IMG/VR virus record: IMGVR_UViG_3300048577_000414
Location: 1 to 25,572 of that record
From: a virus
Taxonomy: Duplodnaviria > Caudoviricetes
Length of the DNA stretch: 25,572 bases
Strand: one strand, 5' to 3'
The notes beneath the pieces are model-generated. The model did not search any database. It saw nothing but the letters and a program-made list of their open reading frames with translations, and was not told the origin of the DNA. Shown in pieces: positions 1 through 10,000 of the stretch (its first letter is position 1; the number at the start of each line of letters is the position of its first letter). The position numbers and the translations under genes were made by a program.

Positions 1-43
1 CAAGTGACGCGTCCGCGTCGAAACCGTTTCGAAGAGGCTCCCC

Positions 44-415
44 ATGTTCGTCGTCACCGACACCTATCGCTTCGAATGGCCGGTCAAGGTCGTCCGGCCG
101 TCGACCACGAAGATCGGCGAAACGGTCACCGACGAGTTCGTCGGTCTGTTCGAGGCGCTGCCCTCGGACCGTGCCGAGGTGCTCGCCGACGAGATGGCCG
201 CGGCCGCGACCGTCGGGGCCGTCGTCGCCGCGGAGACGGCGCAGGTGCGGGCGGTGCTGGTCGGCTGGAGCCAGGTCGTCGGCGACAAGGGTCAGCCGGT
301 CGAGTTCTCGCCGGACGCGCTCGACTTCGTCTGCCGCTATCCGTGGTTCCGGGAGGCGGTCGGCCGGGCCTATCGCGAGGCGATCGCCGGCGGGGGCGCG
401 CGCCTGGGAAACTGA
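44..415 (+). CDS. Phage tail assembly chaperone (lambda gpG-like)
   Basis: 123-aa ORF with GAGG SD upstream. It lies two ORFs before the tape measure gene and ends ...RLGN* at a G-GGA-AAC slippery heptamer. Confidence 0.85.
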   Translation: MFVVTDTYRFEWPVKVVRPSTTKIGETVTDEFVGLFEALPSDRAEVLADEMAAAATVGAVVAAETAQVRAVLVGWSQVVGDKGQPVEFSPDALDFVCRYPWFREAVGRAYREAIAGGGARLGN

Positions 416-456
416 CCGCCGCCGCCCGGGCCTGGGCTCATGCTCAGACCGGGCGG
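406..456 (+). promoter_or_regulatory. Programmed -1 ribosomal frameshift signal (GGGAAAC plus downstream hairpin)
   Basis: G GGA AAC at 406-412 is in X XXY YYZ phase with ORF 44-415. A hairpin begins 9 nt downstream: CCGCCCGG 422-429 / CCGGGCGG 449-456, with inner stem CTGGGC 432-437 / GCTCAG 442-447. Confidence 0.85.
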
Positions 457-777
457 GTCGATCCGACCGCGCCGGCGGCGGTCGATTCGGAGACCGCGGC
501 GGCCTTCGCCGGCCTGGGCGTCGAGGTGCCGGTCACGGCGGCGGCGAGCGGCGACATCCCCGTCTGGCGGCCGAACTGGGAGACTCTGCTGCTCTGGCTC
601 GATCTGTCGACGCAGTGGCGGGCGGTCGCGGGCCTCGGCGGTCTCGTCTGGCTCGGCCTCGACTATCTCGCCGTCGACATGATGCTGCGGCGTCGTGGTC
701 TCTCGGAGCGGGTGTTCGACGAACTCCGTGAGATGGAACGGGTCGCGCTGCCGATCCTCAACGAGAGGCCAGAATGA
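406..777 (+). CDS. Tail chaperone frameshift extension (gpT-like, DUF1799-type)
   Basis: The -1 frame is open from GKLTAAA to 777 and contains VWRPNW, STQWR, GLDY and ELREME motifs typical of DUF1799. There is no good independent start. Confidence 0.8.
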   Translation, partial: GKLTAAARAWAHAQTGRVDPTAPAAVDSETAAAFAGLGVEVPVTAAASGDIPVWRPNWETLLLWLDLSTQWRAVAGLGGLVWLGLDYLAVDMMLRRRGLSERVFDELREMERVALPILNERPE

Positions 778-3700
778 CGCTCGTACTCTCGGTCCGGATG
801 GAGCTGCAGAAAGCGGGTGTCGCCGAGGGCGCCCGCGAGGTGTCGAAGGACATCCGAGGGATCGGCACCGCGGCGCAGGAGGCCGAGCGGCAGGCCTCGG
901 GCCTCGCCGAGGAGATCGCCTCGACCGGGACGGCGACGGCGACCGCCGCCCAGGGGATCGCCGGGTTCGGCCGGTCGATCGACGACCTCCGGGCGCGCTG
1001 GGAGCCGCTCTTCGGCATCGAGCGGCGGTACCGGGACGAGTTGGGGGCACTCGATCAGGCGCATCGGGCCGGCGCGATCGGCGCGGAGACGCTGATCCGC
1101 CAACAGGCCGCACTGAAGCTCGCCCTCGACCGGGCGACGTCGTCGATCACCAATCAGGCGGCGGCGGCGAAACGGGCGGCCGAGACCATGGTCGCCCGCC
1201 AGACGATCACGCCGGACCGCGGCGCCGACATCGCCGCCTATGGCGCCGAGCTCGACGATCTGCGCGCCCGGTTCAATCCGCTCTTCGCCGCCGAACGACA
1301 GCACGCGGCGACACTCGCCGAGATCACCGCGGCGGAGCGGGTCGGGGCGATCTCGAGCGCCGAGGCGGCCGCTGCGACCGCCCGGGCGACGGCGGCACAT
1401 ACCACCCAGATCCAGGCGCTGCGCACCGCAGAGGCGAACCTGGGGCGGCACACCGGCGCCATGCGCCTCAACGGTCAGGCGGCGGCGCAGCTCTCCTACC
1501 AACTCAACGACGTCGTCGTGTCGCTTGCCTCCGGCATGAACCCGCTGACCGTGTTGCTGCAGCAGGGGTCGCAGATCACGCCGATCTTCGGCGGGATCCG
1601 CGGCACGATGGCTGCACTCGCCGGAGTGATGTCGGGGACGACGCTCGGTGTAACGGCGCTTGCCGGCGGCATCGGTCTTGCCGTCATCGCGGGTCACGGC
1701 CACGTCGCCGCGATGGCCGAGGCGTCGATCGCCGCCACCGGCCTCGGTCGGGCGATCGGCACTTCCGCCACCGAGATCGACCGGATCGCGCGCACGCAGG
1801 CGGGTGCGGCCGGTGTCTCGGTGTCCGCGGCGCGGGAGATGGTGGTCGGCTGGACCAATACCGGCCGGATCGGTGTCGAAGCCTTCAGCCCTCTGCTCGG
1901 CATCGTGAAGGACTTCGCGGTCATCACCGGCACCGACGCGACCACGGCGGCGAAGACGCTCGGCGAAGCAATGGCGGATCCGGCCCGCGGCGCCGAGATG
2001 CTGTCGCGTCAGATGGGACTGGTGGATTCCTCGACCGCCCGGCTGGTGACCCGCCTCGCCGAACAGGGACGTCTCAGCGAGGCGCAGGCGCGACTGACGC
2101 AGGCCCTCGGTGCCTCGATCGCCGGAGCGAGGGAACGCACCGACGGCTGGAGTCGCGCCTGGGACGGTGCGACCCGTGCGATGTCCAATTACTGGGAGAC
2201 CTTCCGCCGGGTCTCCGCCGGTCTACTGTTCGGGGAGGAGGACGGATCGGCGACGGCGTTGCAGGCTCGGCTGAAAGCGGCGGAAGCGCGGCTGGTGTCG
2301 TCGCCGTCGGGAAGTATCCGGCGCGCCGATGCGGAAGAGGAGATCGCTCAGCTCCAGCGGCGTATCGCGCTCGAGGAGACCGCGGCCGCGACCCGGGATC
2401 GGCTGCGCGCCCGGTCGGCCGACGATCGGTCGATCGATCGGGGTCGGGGGCTCGCCGAGGCGGGTCAGAACGACGAGACCAGACGCCGACAGCAGATCGC
2501 CGACGAACTCGCCCTGTTGCGCGAACGTCAGCAGGCGGCGGCGCGGCTCTACGGGTCCGAGACCCGAGAGACGCCGGCGGTCGCCGGCCGGATCGCCGAG
2601 GCGACGCTCGGCACGGCCGACGCGATCGAGGCGCGGACCCGGGCGCTCACCACCTGGATCTCGGAAAGCGAGCGGGCGCGCCGGCTCGATCAGATCGACG
2701 TCGCTCTGCTGACTGCGCGCGATCCGGTCGAACGGGCGGTGCTCGAAGCGCAGCGCAGCCGGATCGTCACAGCCGGTCAGCTGATGTCGACCTCCGAGGC
2801 CGAAGCGGCGGCGGAGCGCGCCTATGCCCGCGCCCTCGCCGAGACCCTCGCTCAGACCCGCGGGTCGATCGCCGACATCGCGGCCGAGACGGCGGTCCGC
2901 GCCCGGCTCAACGTGCTGGTGGCCGATGGCGCCATGGCCTCGGGAGACGCGGCGCGGGAACTGCAGGTCGAGGCGCAGACGCGACCCCTGGTGACCGCGG
3001 CCGCCCGGGCGGAAGGCGCCGAGAAGGAGCGGTTGCTCGGGCTCGCGGCGGAGCTACGGGCCGCGATCATCGGGCAGGCGCAAGCGGAAAAGCAGCTCCA
3101 GGCGGCGCAGACGATCACCGCCGGCCGGGACAGGATCGCTGTGCTCCAGGCAGAGATCGCCCTGATCGGCGAGAGCGAGGCGGTGCGGACGCGCGCGATC
3201 GCCCGCCTCCAGGCCGAGCAGGAGATCCGCCGGCAGGGGTTGGAGAGCCTGCCGCGGGAAGCCGCGGCGATCCGAGCGATCGCCGACGCGGAAGCCGAGG
3301 TCACGCTGGAGCGCGATCGTCGCCGGCGGGCGAGCGAGCAGGAATTCGGGCGGCGCCTGGATCAGGTCGACATCGCGTCGAGTGCGGCGCGAGATCCGGT
3401 CGAGAAGGCCGGGCTCGAAGCCCAGCGGGCGCGGATCCAGGCGCTGTCGGAGGGCCGCGACGAGACCGAGGCCGCTGCCGCCGCCGAGCGCGCCTATGCC
3501 CGGGCGATCGGCGAAAGCCTCGCTCAGACCCGGGGCTCGATCGCCGACATCACCGCCGACGCGGCGGCGCGCACCCGGGTCAATGCGCTCGTCGCCTCCG
3601 GCGCGCTCGCCTCGGGCGATGCGGCGCGGGAACTGCAGATCGAGGCGCAGACCCGGCAGCTGCTGACCGCCGCCGCCCGAGCCGAAGGCGCCGAGCGCGA

Positions 3701-5555
3701 GCGGCTGCTCGGCCTCGCCGGTCAATTGCGGGCGGCGATCACCGCCCAGGCGGAAGCCGAGAAACAGGCGCAGGCGATCCAGGATCTCCGGTCCGGCCGG
3801 GACCGGATCGAGACGCTGCAGACCGAGATCTCCCTGGTCGGCGCGGCCGAGCCGGTGCGTGCCCGGGCGTTGGCCCTGCTCGAGGCGGAGCAGCGGATCC
3901 GCAGCCAGGGGCTGACCGGCTCGTTGGCCGAGCAGATCCGGTCGCAGGCACGGGCGACCGCCGACCTGACGACGGCGCTGGAGCGCCAGAAGGCGGCCTG
4001 GTCGGAGATCCAGACGACCGGCGGGTCCGCGATCGACACGATCGTCGAGGGCTTCCGGACCGGAAAGGACGTGTCCCAGCAGCTCGTCGATGATCTGTCG
4101 AAGGAGTTTCTGAAGCTCGCCGTCAGCAATCCCCTGAAGAACGCGATCTTCGGTCAGAACCTGCCGACGGCGGGTGACGTCGGAGGCCTGCTCGGTGGCC
4201 TGTTCGGCGGAAGCGGCGCGACGGCCGCGGCAGTGCCGAGCGCGGTCGGGACCGCGTCGATCACAGCGGCGACCGTCATCGTCAACGGCAGCACACTCGG
4301 CGGGATCGGAGGGATCGGGACGTCCGGCCTCGCCGGACTGTCATCGAGCGGGATCGACCGGTCGGCGTTCGCGACAGAGCTGGCGAACCCGGCGGTGCGG
4401 TCGCGCCTCTTCGCGATGACGGAGGCGGAAGTCGGCGGGCAGGGCTCTCAGGCGCAACAGGCGTTCATGGAGACGCTGTTCAACCGCGCTTCGGCCCGGG
4501 GCATGTCGCTCTCCGACGTGATGAGCGACAGGGGTTACTTTCCCGCATCTACCTTCGCCTCGGCCGATCGCGCGTTCGCCGCCGGCGGGCTCGACGCCAA
4601 GTACGGCGATCTCTTCGCGCGCGTGCGGAGCGGTTCGAACCTGTCGAGCTATGCGACCGGCAACGCTTCCGGCACCGTCGGGTTCAACGGCGGGCCGATG
4701 ACTTTCGCCGCCGGCGGCGAGCGTTTTGGGATCGAGGGGCCCGACGCCTCATGGGCGAGCCGGCTCCAGCAGTCGTCTGACGCGGCGTCGCAATCGATCG
4801 CCGGTCTCGGCAACAACTCGAACTCGGCGGTCGACGCGATCTCCAAGCTGACGACCGGCAGCAACGGTGCAGCGCAGACGCTCACCACCTCGGCCGGCGG
4901 GATCTCCGAGGCCGGTCTTTCGCTGCAGACCTCGACGTCGTCGCTCGCCACCGGCACTCAATCGGCGTTCGGTCAGCTGCTGAGCGGTCTGGGCAATGGC
5001 GTCTCGTCGCTGGTGTCCGGGCTCGGGTCGATCCTCGGCTCTGTGGTCAAGGGTGGCGGCGGGATCTTCGAGTCGATCGTCAAGCTCTTCTCGGGAGGCT
5101 TCGCCGACGGCGGTTACACGGGAGCCGGGTCGAAGTATCAGATCGCCGGCGTGGTGCACCGCGACGAGGTGGTCTGGTCGAAGGCCGATGTCGCGCGGGC
5201 CGGCGGTGTCGGCGCCGTCGAGGCGATGCGGCGGGGATGGCGGGCGCTGCCGGGCTATGCGGACGGCGGCGTCGTCGACGATCGCCGGACGACCGCCGGG
5301 CTCGGCTATATCGGCGGGCGGCCGTCGCCGCTCGGACAGGCGCCGAGCGGGCCGACCGGCGGGTTCACTCAGACGATCATCAACCAGAGCAGCGCGAGCG
5401 TCTCGACCCGAGAGGAGACCGACGAGCGCGGCGGTCGTCGTCAGACGGTGGTGATCGCCGAGGCGATCGGCGCGGCGATCACACAGCCGCGATCGGCGGC
5501 GCAGCGGGCGCTGAAGACCGCGTATGGCATGCAACCGAAGGTGACGAGGCGATGA
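774..5555 (+). CDS. Tail tape measure protein
   Basis: 1593 aa, Ala-rich and helical. Has the lambda-type YQLNDVVVSLASGMNPLTVLLQQGSQI motif and C-terminal FADGGYTG...AGVVHRDEVV...GYADGG motifs. ATGA-coupled to its neighbours. Confidence 0.95.
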   Translation: MTLVLSVRMELQKAGVAEGAREVSKDIRGIGTAAQEAERQASGLAEEIASTGTATATAAQGIAGFGRSIDDLRARWEPLFGIERRYRDELGALDQAHRAGAIGAETLIRQQAALKLALDRATSSITNQAAAAKRAAETMVARQTITPDRGADIAAYGAELDDLRARFNPLFAAERQHAATLAEITAAERVGAISSAEAAAATARATAAHTTQIQALRTAEANLGRHTGAMRLNGQAAAQLSYQLNDVVVSLASGMNPLTVLLQQGSQITPIFGGIRGTMAALAGVMSGTTLGVTALAGGIGLAVIAGHGHVAAMAEASIAATGLGRAIGTSATEIDRIARTQAGAAGVSVSAAREMVVGWTNTGRIGVEAFSPLLGIVKDFAVITGTDATTAAKTLGEAMADPARGAEMLSRQMGLVDSSTARLVTRLAEQGRLSEAQARLTQALGASIAGARERTDGWSRAWDGATRAMSNYWETFRRVSAGLLFGEEDGSATALQARLKAAEARLVSSPSGSIRRADAEEEIAQLQRRIALEETAAATRDRLRARSADDRSIDRGRGLAEAGQNDETRRRQQIADELALLRERQQAAARLYGSETRETPAVAGRIAEATLGTADAIEARTRALTTWISESERARRLDQIDVALLTARDPVERAVLEAQRSRIVTAGQLMSTSEAEAAAERAYARALAETLAQTRGSIADIAAETAVRARLNVLVADGAMASGDAARELQVEAQTRPLVTAAARAEGAEKERLLGLAAELRAAIIGQAQAEKQLQAAQTITAGRDRIAVLQAEIALIGESEAVRTRAIARLQAEQEIRRQGLESLPREAAAIRAIADAEAEVTLERDRRRRASEQEFGRRLDQVDIASSAARDPVEKAGLEAQRARIQALSEGRDETEAAAAAERAYARAIGESLAQTRGSIADITADAAARTRVNALVASGALASGDAARELQIEAQTRQLLTAAARAEGAERERLLGLAGQLRAAITAQAEAEKQAQAIQDLRSGRDRIETLQTEISLVGAAEPVRARALALLEAEQRIRSQGLTGSLAEQIRSQARATADLTTALERQKAAWSEIQTTGGSAIDTIVEGFRTGKDVSQQLVDDLSKEFLKLAVSNPLKNAIFGQNLPTAGDVGGLLGGLFGGSGATAAAVPSAVGTASITAATVIVNGSTLGGIGGIGTSGLAGLSSSGIDRSAFATELANPAVRSRLFAMTEAEVGGQGSQAQQAFMETLFNRASARGMSLSDVMSDRGYFPASTFASADRAFAAGGLDAKYGDLFARVRSGSNLSSYATGNASGTVGFNGGPMTFAAGGERFGIEGPDASWASRLQQSSDAASQSIAGLGNNSNSAVDAISKLTTGSNGAAQTLTTSAGGISEAGLSLQTSTSSLATGTQSAFGQLLSGLGNGVSSLVSGLGSILGSVVKGGGGIFESIVKLFSGGFADGGYTGAGSKYQIAGVVHRDEVVWSKADVARAGGVGAVEAMRRGWRALPGYADGGVVDDRRTTAGLGYIGGRPSPLGQAPSGPTGGFTQTIINQSSASVSTREETDERGGRRQTVVIAEAIGAAITQPRSAAQRALKTAYGMQPKVTRR
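957..1356 (+). repeat. Short N-terminal TMP repeat (two ~42-aa copies, 273-nt offset)
   Basis: IAGFGRSIDDLRARWEPLF...AHRAGAI vs IAAYGAELDDLRARFNPLF...AERVGAI. DDLRAR occurs at 981 and 1254. Confidence 0.75.
2679..3914 (+). repeat. Large internal TMP duplication (2679-3242 and 3351-3914, 672-nt offset)
   Basis: Collinear RRLDQ.D...ARDPVE...AERAYARA..E.LAQTRGSIADI...ASGDAARELQ.EAQTR.L.TAAARAEGAE.ERLLGLA...GRDRI...QGL. GAGCGCGCCTATGCCCG is identical at 2814 and 3486. Confidence 0.92.
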
Positions 5556-5980
5556 CCCTGCCGATCTGGCCGACCGCGGAACTGCCGCGCCCGAAGCGTG
5601 ACGGCTACGCACGGACCTACCCGGACGGGCGCCAGTCGACCAAGAACGACGCGGGGCCGCCGCGGGGGCGGCTGCGGTTTTCCTCTGCGCCGGCGTTCAT
5701 CTCTCTGCAGTTCGACATGACCCACGCGCAACGGGCGAGGTTCATGACGTTCTGGACCACCGACACGGTCAACGGGTCGAAGCCGTTCGTGGTGCCGGAC
5801 TGGACGGAGATCTCGATCCCGCTCCTGGCGGCCGACGGAACACCGCTCACCACCGATGCGGGCACGCTGCTCGCCACCGATGCGTGGCTGCTGGCGATGT
5901 TCTCCTACGACAAGCCGCCGAGCGAGACGATCGTCGGGAACGGGTTCCGCGTCGCCGTCCAGCTGACCATCCTGCCCTGA
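5552..5980 (+). CDS. Minor tail / distal tail protein (lambda gpM-like position)
   Basis: The ATG overlaps the TMP stop. Sequence WP..LP.P...GY...D.GP.R.R.RF...F..FW.....GS.PF is typical of the post-TMP gene. Confidence 0.75.
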   Translation: MTLPIWPTAELPRPKRDGYARTYPDGRQSTKNDAGPPRGRLRFSSAPAFISLQFDMTHAQRARFMTFWTTDTVNGSKPFVVPDWTEISIPLLAADGTPLTTDAGTLLATDAWLLAMFSYDKPPSETIVGNGFRVAVQLTILP

Positions 5981-5989
5981 GGTTCGACC

Positions 5990-6520
5990 ATGCGCCGCGT
6001 CTCGATCACCGCCCGCACCGCCGTCGATGCCACCGCCTCGGACGAGGTCGAGGTGATGTTGATCAGGATCAGCCACCCGGATCTCGAGGAGCCGATCCTG
6101 GTGACCTCCGACCCGACGACGCGGATCTCGATCGACCCGCCGATCTACGGCACGAAATCGACGTGGGCCGGCACCGTCACACCCGCCGGACAGCTCACCT
6201 ATCTGTTCACCTTCGTTTCGGCGATGCTGCCCGACGATCTCGAGGATCAGCCGCAGGCGGCGACCGTGGTGCTTGAGGTGCTCGATCACGACATGGCGGC
6301 GGTCGTGCGCTCGACCAACCGGCGCGCCACCGTCGACATGGCGGTCGTGCTGGCTTCGACGCCAGACCTGGTCGAGGCGGAGTACCTCGGTCTCGCGCTG
6401 GTCTCGGCGGAGGGCGACGCGGGCGAGATCAAGTTGACGATCTCCAGGGACCCGATCACCTCGGAGCCGTGGCCGGCGCGGCGGATGACCCGCAACGTGA
6501 TGCCGGGGCTGCACCGGTGA
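5990..6520 (+). CDS. Minor tail protein (DUF1833 / gpL-like)
   Basis: LIRISHPDL..PI..TSD, LPDD.ED and EPWPARRMT....PGLH pattern. Lies between the gpM-like and NlpC genes and has a GAGG SD. Confidence 0.75.
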   Translation: MRRVSITARTAVDATASDEVEVMLIRISHPDLEEPILVTSDPTTRISIDPPIYGTKSTWAGTVTPAGQLTYLFTFVSAMLPDDLEDQPQAATVVLEVLDHDMAAVVRSTNRRATVDMAVVLASTPDLVEAEYLGLALVSAEGDAGEIKLTISRDPITSEPWPARRMTRNVMPGLHR

Positions 6521-6936
6521 CGGGCCATTGGTCGACAGGCTATGTCGGACTGCCCTGGGCGGATCGCGGTCGCGAACGGACCGGGCTGGACTGCTGGGGC
6601 CTCGCCCGCCTCGTCTATGCCGAGCAGCTCGGCATCGATCTGCCCTCCTATGCTGGGGACTATCTCGGCGCGGCGGAGATGGCGGAGATCGACGGGTTGA
6701 TCCGGGGCGCGCTCGGTGGCGGGCCATGGATCGAGGTCACCGACCGGGCGGAATACGATCTGGCGTTGTTCCGCATCGGGCGCTATGACAGCCACATCGG
6801 CATCATCGTCGATCGCAGTCGGATGCTCCACATGATGGGGCGCGACGCTGCCAAGATCGAACGCATCGACGGCGCGCAGTGGTCCCGCAGAATGTGCGGC
6901 ATCTGGCGTCACGGCAGCCGACGGACGACGGCCTGA
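6517..6936 (+). CDS. NlpC/P60 tail-associated peptidase (gpK-like)
   Basis: GTG start overlaps the upstream TGA. Contains YVGLPW..RGR...GLDCWGL (catalytic Cys), SHIGI (His) and MLH. Confidence 0.9.
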   Translation: MTGHWSTGYVGLPWADRGRERTGLDCWGLARLVYAEQLGIDLPSYAGDYLGAAEMAEIDGLIRGALGGGPWIEVTDRAEYDLALFRIGRYDSHIGIIVDRSRMLHMMGRDAAKIERIDGAQWSRRMCGIWRHGSRRTTA

Positions 6937-7021
6937 TCACAGCCCCGGCACCTGCGTGACCGGATCGAGGCGGCCCGACGCGTGATGGTGGCGCGGTCGA
7001 CGCCCCTCACCATGCAGGCCC

Positions 7022-10000
7022 ATGCCCGATCGGATCCCGACCACGACGGCGACCTATCTGCCGGTCCCGACCGCGACGATCGAGCGCCGCGACGTCGTTT
7101 GCCGGGCCGGTCTGACGCTCTCCGAAATCGTCGATCAGACCGTTCCGCGGATGCCCGAGGCCGAGCGACAGCGGTTGCGCGTCGTGCTGGTGACACCGCT
7201 CGGCGCCGAGGTGATTCCGGCCGAGAACTGGCACCGGGTACGGCCTCGCCCGGGCGTCCGGGTCGTCATCCGGACCGTGCCCGGCTCCAACGTCTGGCGC
7301 ACCGTGCTGATGATCGTGGTGGTGATCGCCGCCGTCGCGCTCGGGCAGTTGTGGGGTGCAGCTCTCGGCCAAGCGCTCGGTATCTCTACGGCGGCCGCGA
7401 CCAGCCTGATCACGATGGGCGTGACCGCGATCGGCATGCTGCTGATCAACGCGCTGATCCCGCCGACCAAACGCAAGACGAGCGACGACAAGGAGTTCGG
7501 CGGCTACTCGATTCAAGGGTGGCGCAACCAGTCGAACCCCGACGGCCCGATCCCCGCACCGCTCGGCCGGATGCGGATGGCGCCCTACTACGCCGCGCCG
7601 CCCTACATCGAGATCGTCGGCGACATTCAGTACCTGCGGGCGGTGTTCGTCTGGGGCTACGGGCCGGGCGCACTCTCGGACTTCAAGTTCGGCGACACGC
7701 CGATCTCCGCTTACTCCGACGTCGAGATCGAACATCGCTACGGGTGGCCGGGCGACGCGCAGCTGACGCTCTACACCCAACAGGTGATCGAAGAGGGGCT
7801 ATCCGTCGACCTGACGCGCGCTTGGGCACGCAACCCCGACGGCAGTTATTCCGGAGGCGGCACCATCGAGAAGCCGGAGATGCGGTTCACCGCGACCGAC
7901 GTCACCGAGGCCTCGGTGATCGTCGGCATGCCCTCCGGCCTCTATTCGCTCGCCGACAACGGCGATCGGAACAACGCACAGGTCAACGTGAGGATCCGCC
8001 AGCGCCCGATCACCGGGGGCGCCTGGTCCGAGGTCGTCACGCTGCAGATCGTCGCGGCGAAATCGGTTCCGTTCTGGCGTCAGCACCGGTGGACGCTGCC
8101 CTGGCGCGGGACCTGGGAAATCGAGCTGACCCGCACCACCGACGAATCGAAGAGTTCGAGGGTGTCCGACCGGGTGGTCTGGCAGGCGCTGCAGAGCTAC
8201 CGCCCCGAATATCCGATCGCCTTCGAACACCCGCTGGTGCTGACCGCGATCCGGATCAAGGCGACCTATCAGCTCAACGGTCAGGTCGACAACTTCACCG
8301 GCATCTTCAGCCGCGTCGCGGCCGACTGGGACGTTGCGTCCGCCTCCTGGATCACCCGCGAGACCCGCTCGCCCGCGGCGGCGCTGCGTTGGATCCTCCA
8401 GGGTCCCGCCGCGACCTATCCGGTCGCCGATGCCGAGATCGACCTCGAGGCGCTCGCCGAGTGGTCCGCGTGGTGCGCTTCGAAAGGGCTTCGATACGAC
8501 CGGGTGCACGACGCCGAGGAGTCGCTCGCCGACGCTCTGTCGCTCGCCGCCGCGGCCGGTCGCGCCCATCCGCGCCACGACGGCCGACGCTGGAGCGTGG
8601 TGATCGACCGGCCGGCGACCCTGGTCGTCGACCACATCAACCCGCGCAACTCCCGCGATTTCCAGTGGACGAGGGCCTATCCGAAGCGCCCCGACGGGTT
8701 CCGGATCAAGTTCGCCGACAGCTCGAACGACTGGAAAACGAGCGAACGCGTGGTCCCGTGGCCGGGTCACACCGGCGACGTCGTCGTCACCGAGCAGCTC
8801 GATCTCGGCGGGAAATGCGACCCGGCGGAGATCTGGATCGAGGCTCGGCGCCGCCAGTACGAGATCGACCTGCGGCCCGACACGTTCCGGGTCACTCAGG
8901 ACGGCGCGACCCGGGTGGCGACCCGGGGCGACCTCGTCGCGGTCAGCCAGGACGTCCTCCAGCGGACGCAGGTCGCGGCCCGGGTGAAGGCCCTGGTCGA
9001 CGACTTGGTGGTCCTCGACGACCGCGTCGAAACCACCACCGGCATCGGCTATGCGATCCGGTTCCGGGTGGTCACCGCGGGCGACACGATCGGGACGAGC
9101 GTCGTGCGCAACGTCGAGAGCGTCGACGCCAACGACCGCGCGGTGCGGCTGCTCGGCACCGGTCCCGAGCCTCAGATCGACGACATCGTTCATTTCGGGC
9201 CGCGGGCGAGCGAGAGCCTGCTGGCGTTCGTGCGCGGCGAAGAGCGCGGCGAGGACGGTGCGGTCGTCTACCACCTGGTCGCCGCGGCGCCGGAGATCGA
9301 CGAGCTGACCGACGCCGAGGTGGCGCCGGCCTGGGACGGCCGGGCCGGCACGACCTATACCGGCGGCGGCTCGACCCCGGCGCCGACCACGCCGCTGATT
9401 TCTTCGATCCAGACCGGCGCCTCGGGCACCGGCGACACGGATGGCCTCGCCATCCACCTGGAGCCGGGCGCCGGCAGCGCCGCGGTGATCGCTCGTTTCG
9501 AGATCGACCACCGGCTGTCCGGAGCCTCGACCTGGACGACCCGCAGCGTGTCGGCGGCGGCCGGCGGCGCCTCGATCTCGGGGTACCTCTGGGGTGCGAC
9601 GGTCGAGCTGCGGGCGCGGGCGGTCTCGATCTACGCCGTCGCCGGCCCCTACACGGCGACGGTCTCGACGACGATCGGCTCGGCCGACACCGTCGTGCCG
9701 GACATGACGACGCTTTCCGCCGAGCGCCTGTCGAACGGATCGCGGCGCTATGCGTTCGAGATCCCGACGTCGATGACGTCGACGCTGATCGGCGCCCGCC
9801 TCCGGGTTCGGCCGGGCACCGGGTGGACCTGGTCGGAGCTGGCGCCGCTGCATTCCGGCTACCTGACTGGATCGCCGTGGGAGACCAGCGAGCCGATCGG
9901 CGAGGGCACCTACACGATCAGCGCGGTCGCGGTCGATTCGACCGGGTCCGAAAGCCGCCACCCGCTGCTGATCACCACCACGCTCGGGCCGAGCGTCGCC

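Noticed and set aside
6-32. Short palindromes GACGCG-TC-CGCGTC and TCGAAAC-C-GTTTCGA upstream of the chaperone gene
   Set aside because: Loops are too short for hairpins, there is no U-tract, they are at the window edge and I did not notice copies elsewhere, so no function can be supported.
4-405. N-terminal part of ORF 4-777 as a real protein
   Set aside because: It is a shadow frame of the chaperone gene; only the part after the slippery site looks coding.
695-4093. 1132-aa alternative-frame ORF, and similar long ORFs 6982-10080, 7799-9961, 13329-15314, 13447-15210 and 21393-23687
   Set aside because: Arg/Gly/Pro-rich or antisense shadows of real high-GC genes, with no motifs or RBS.
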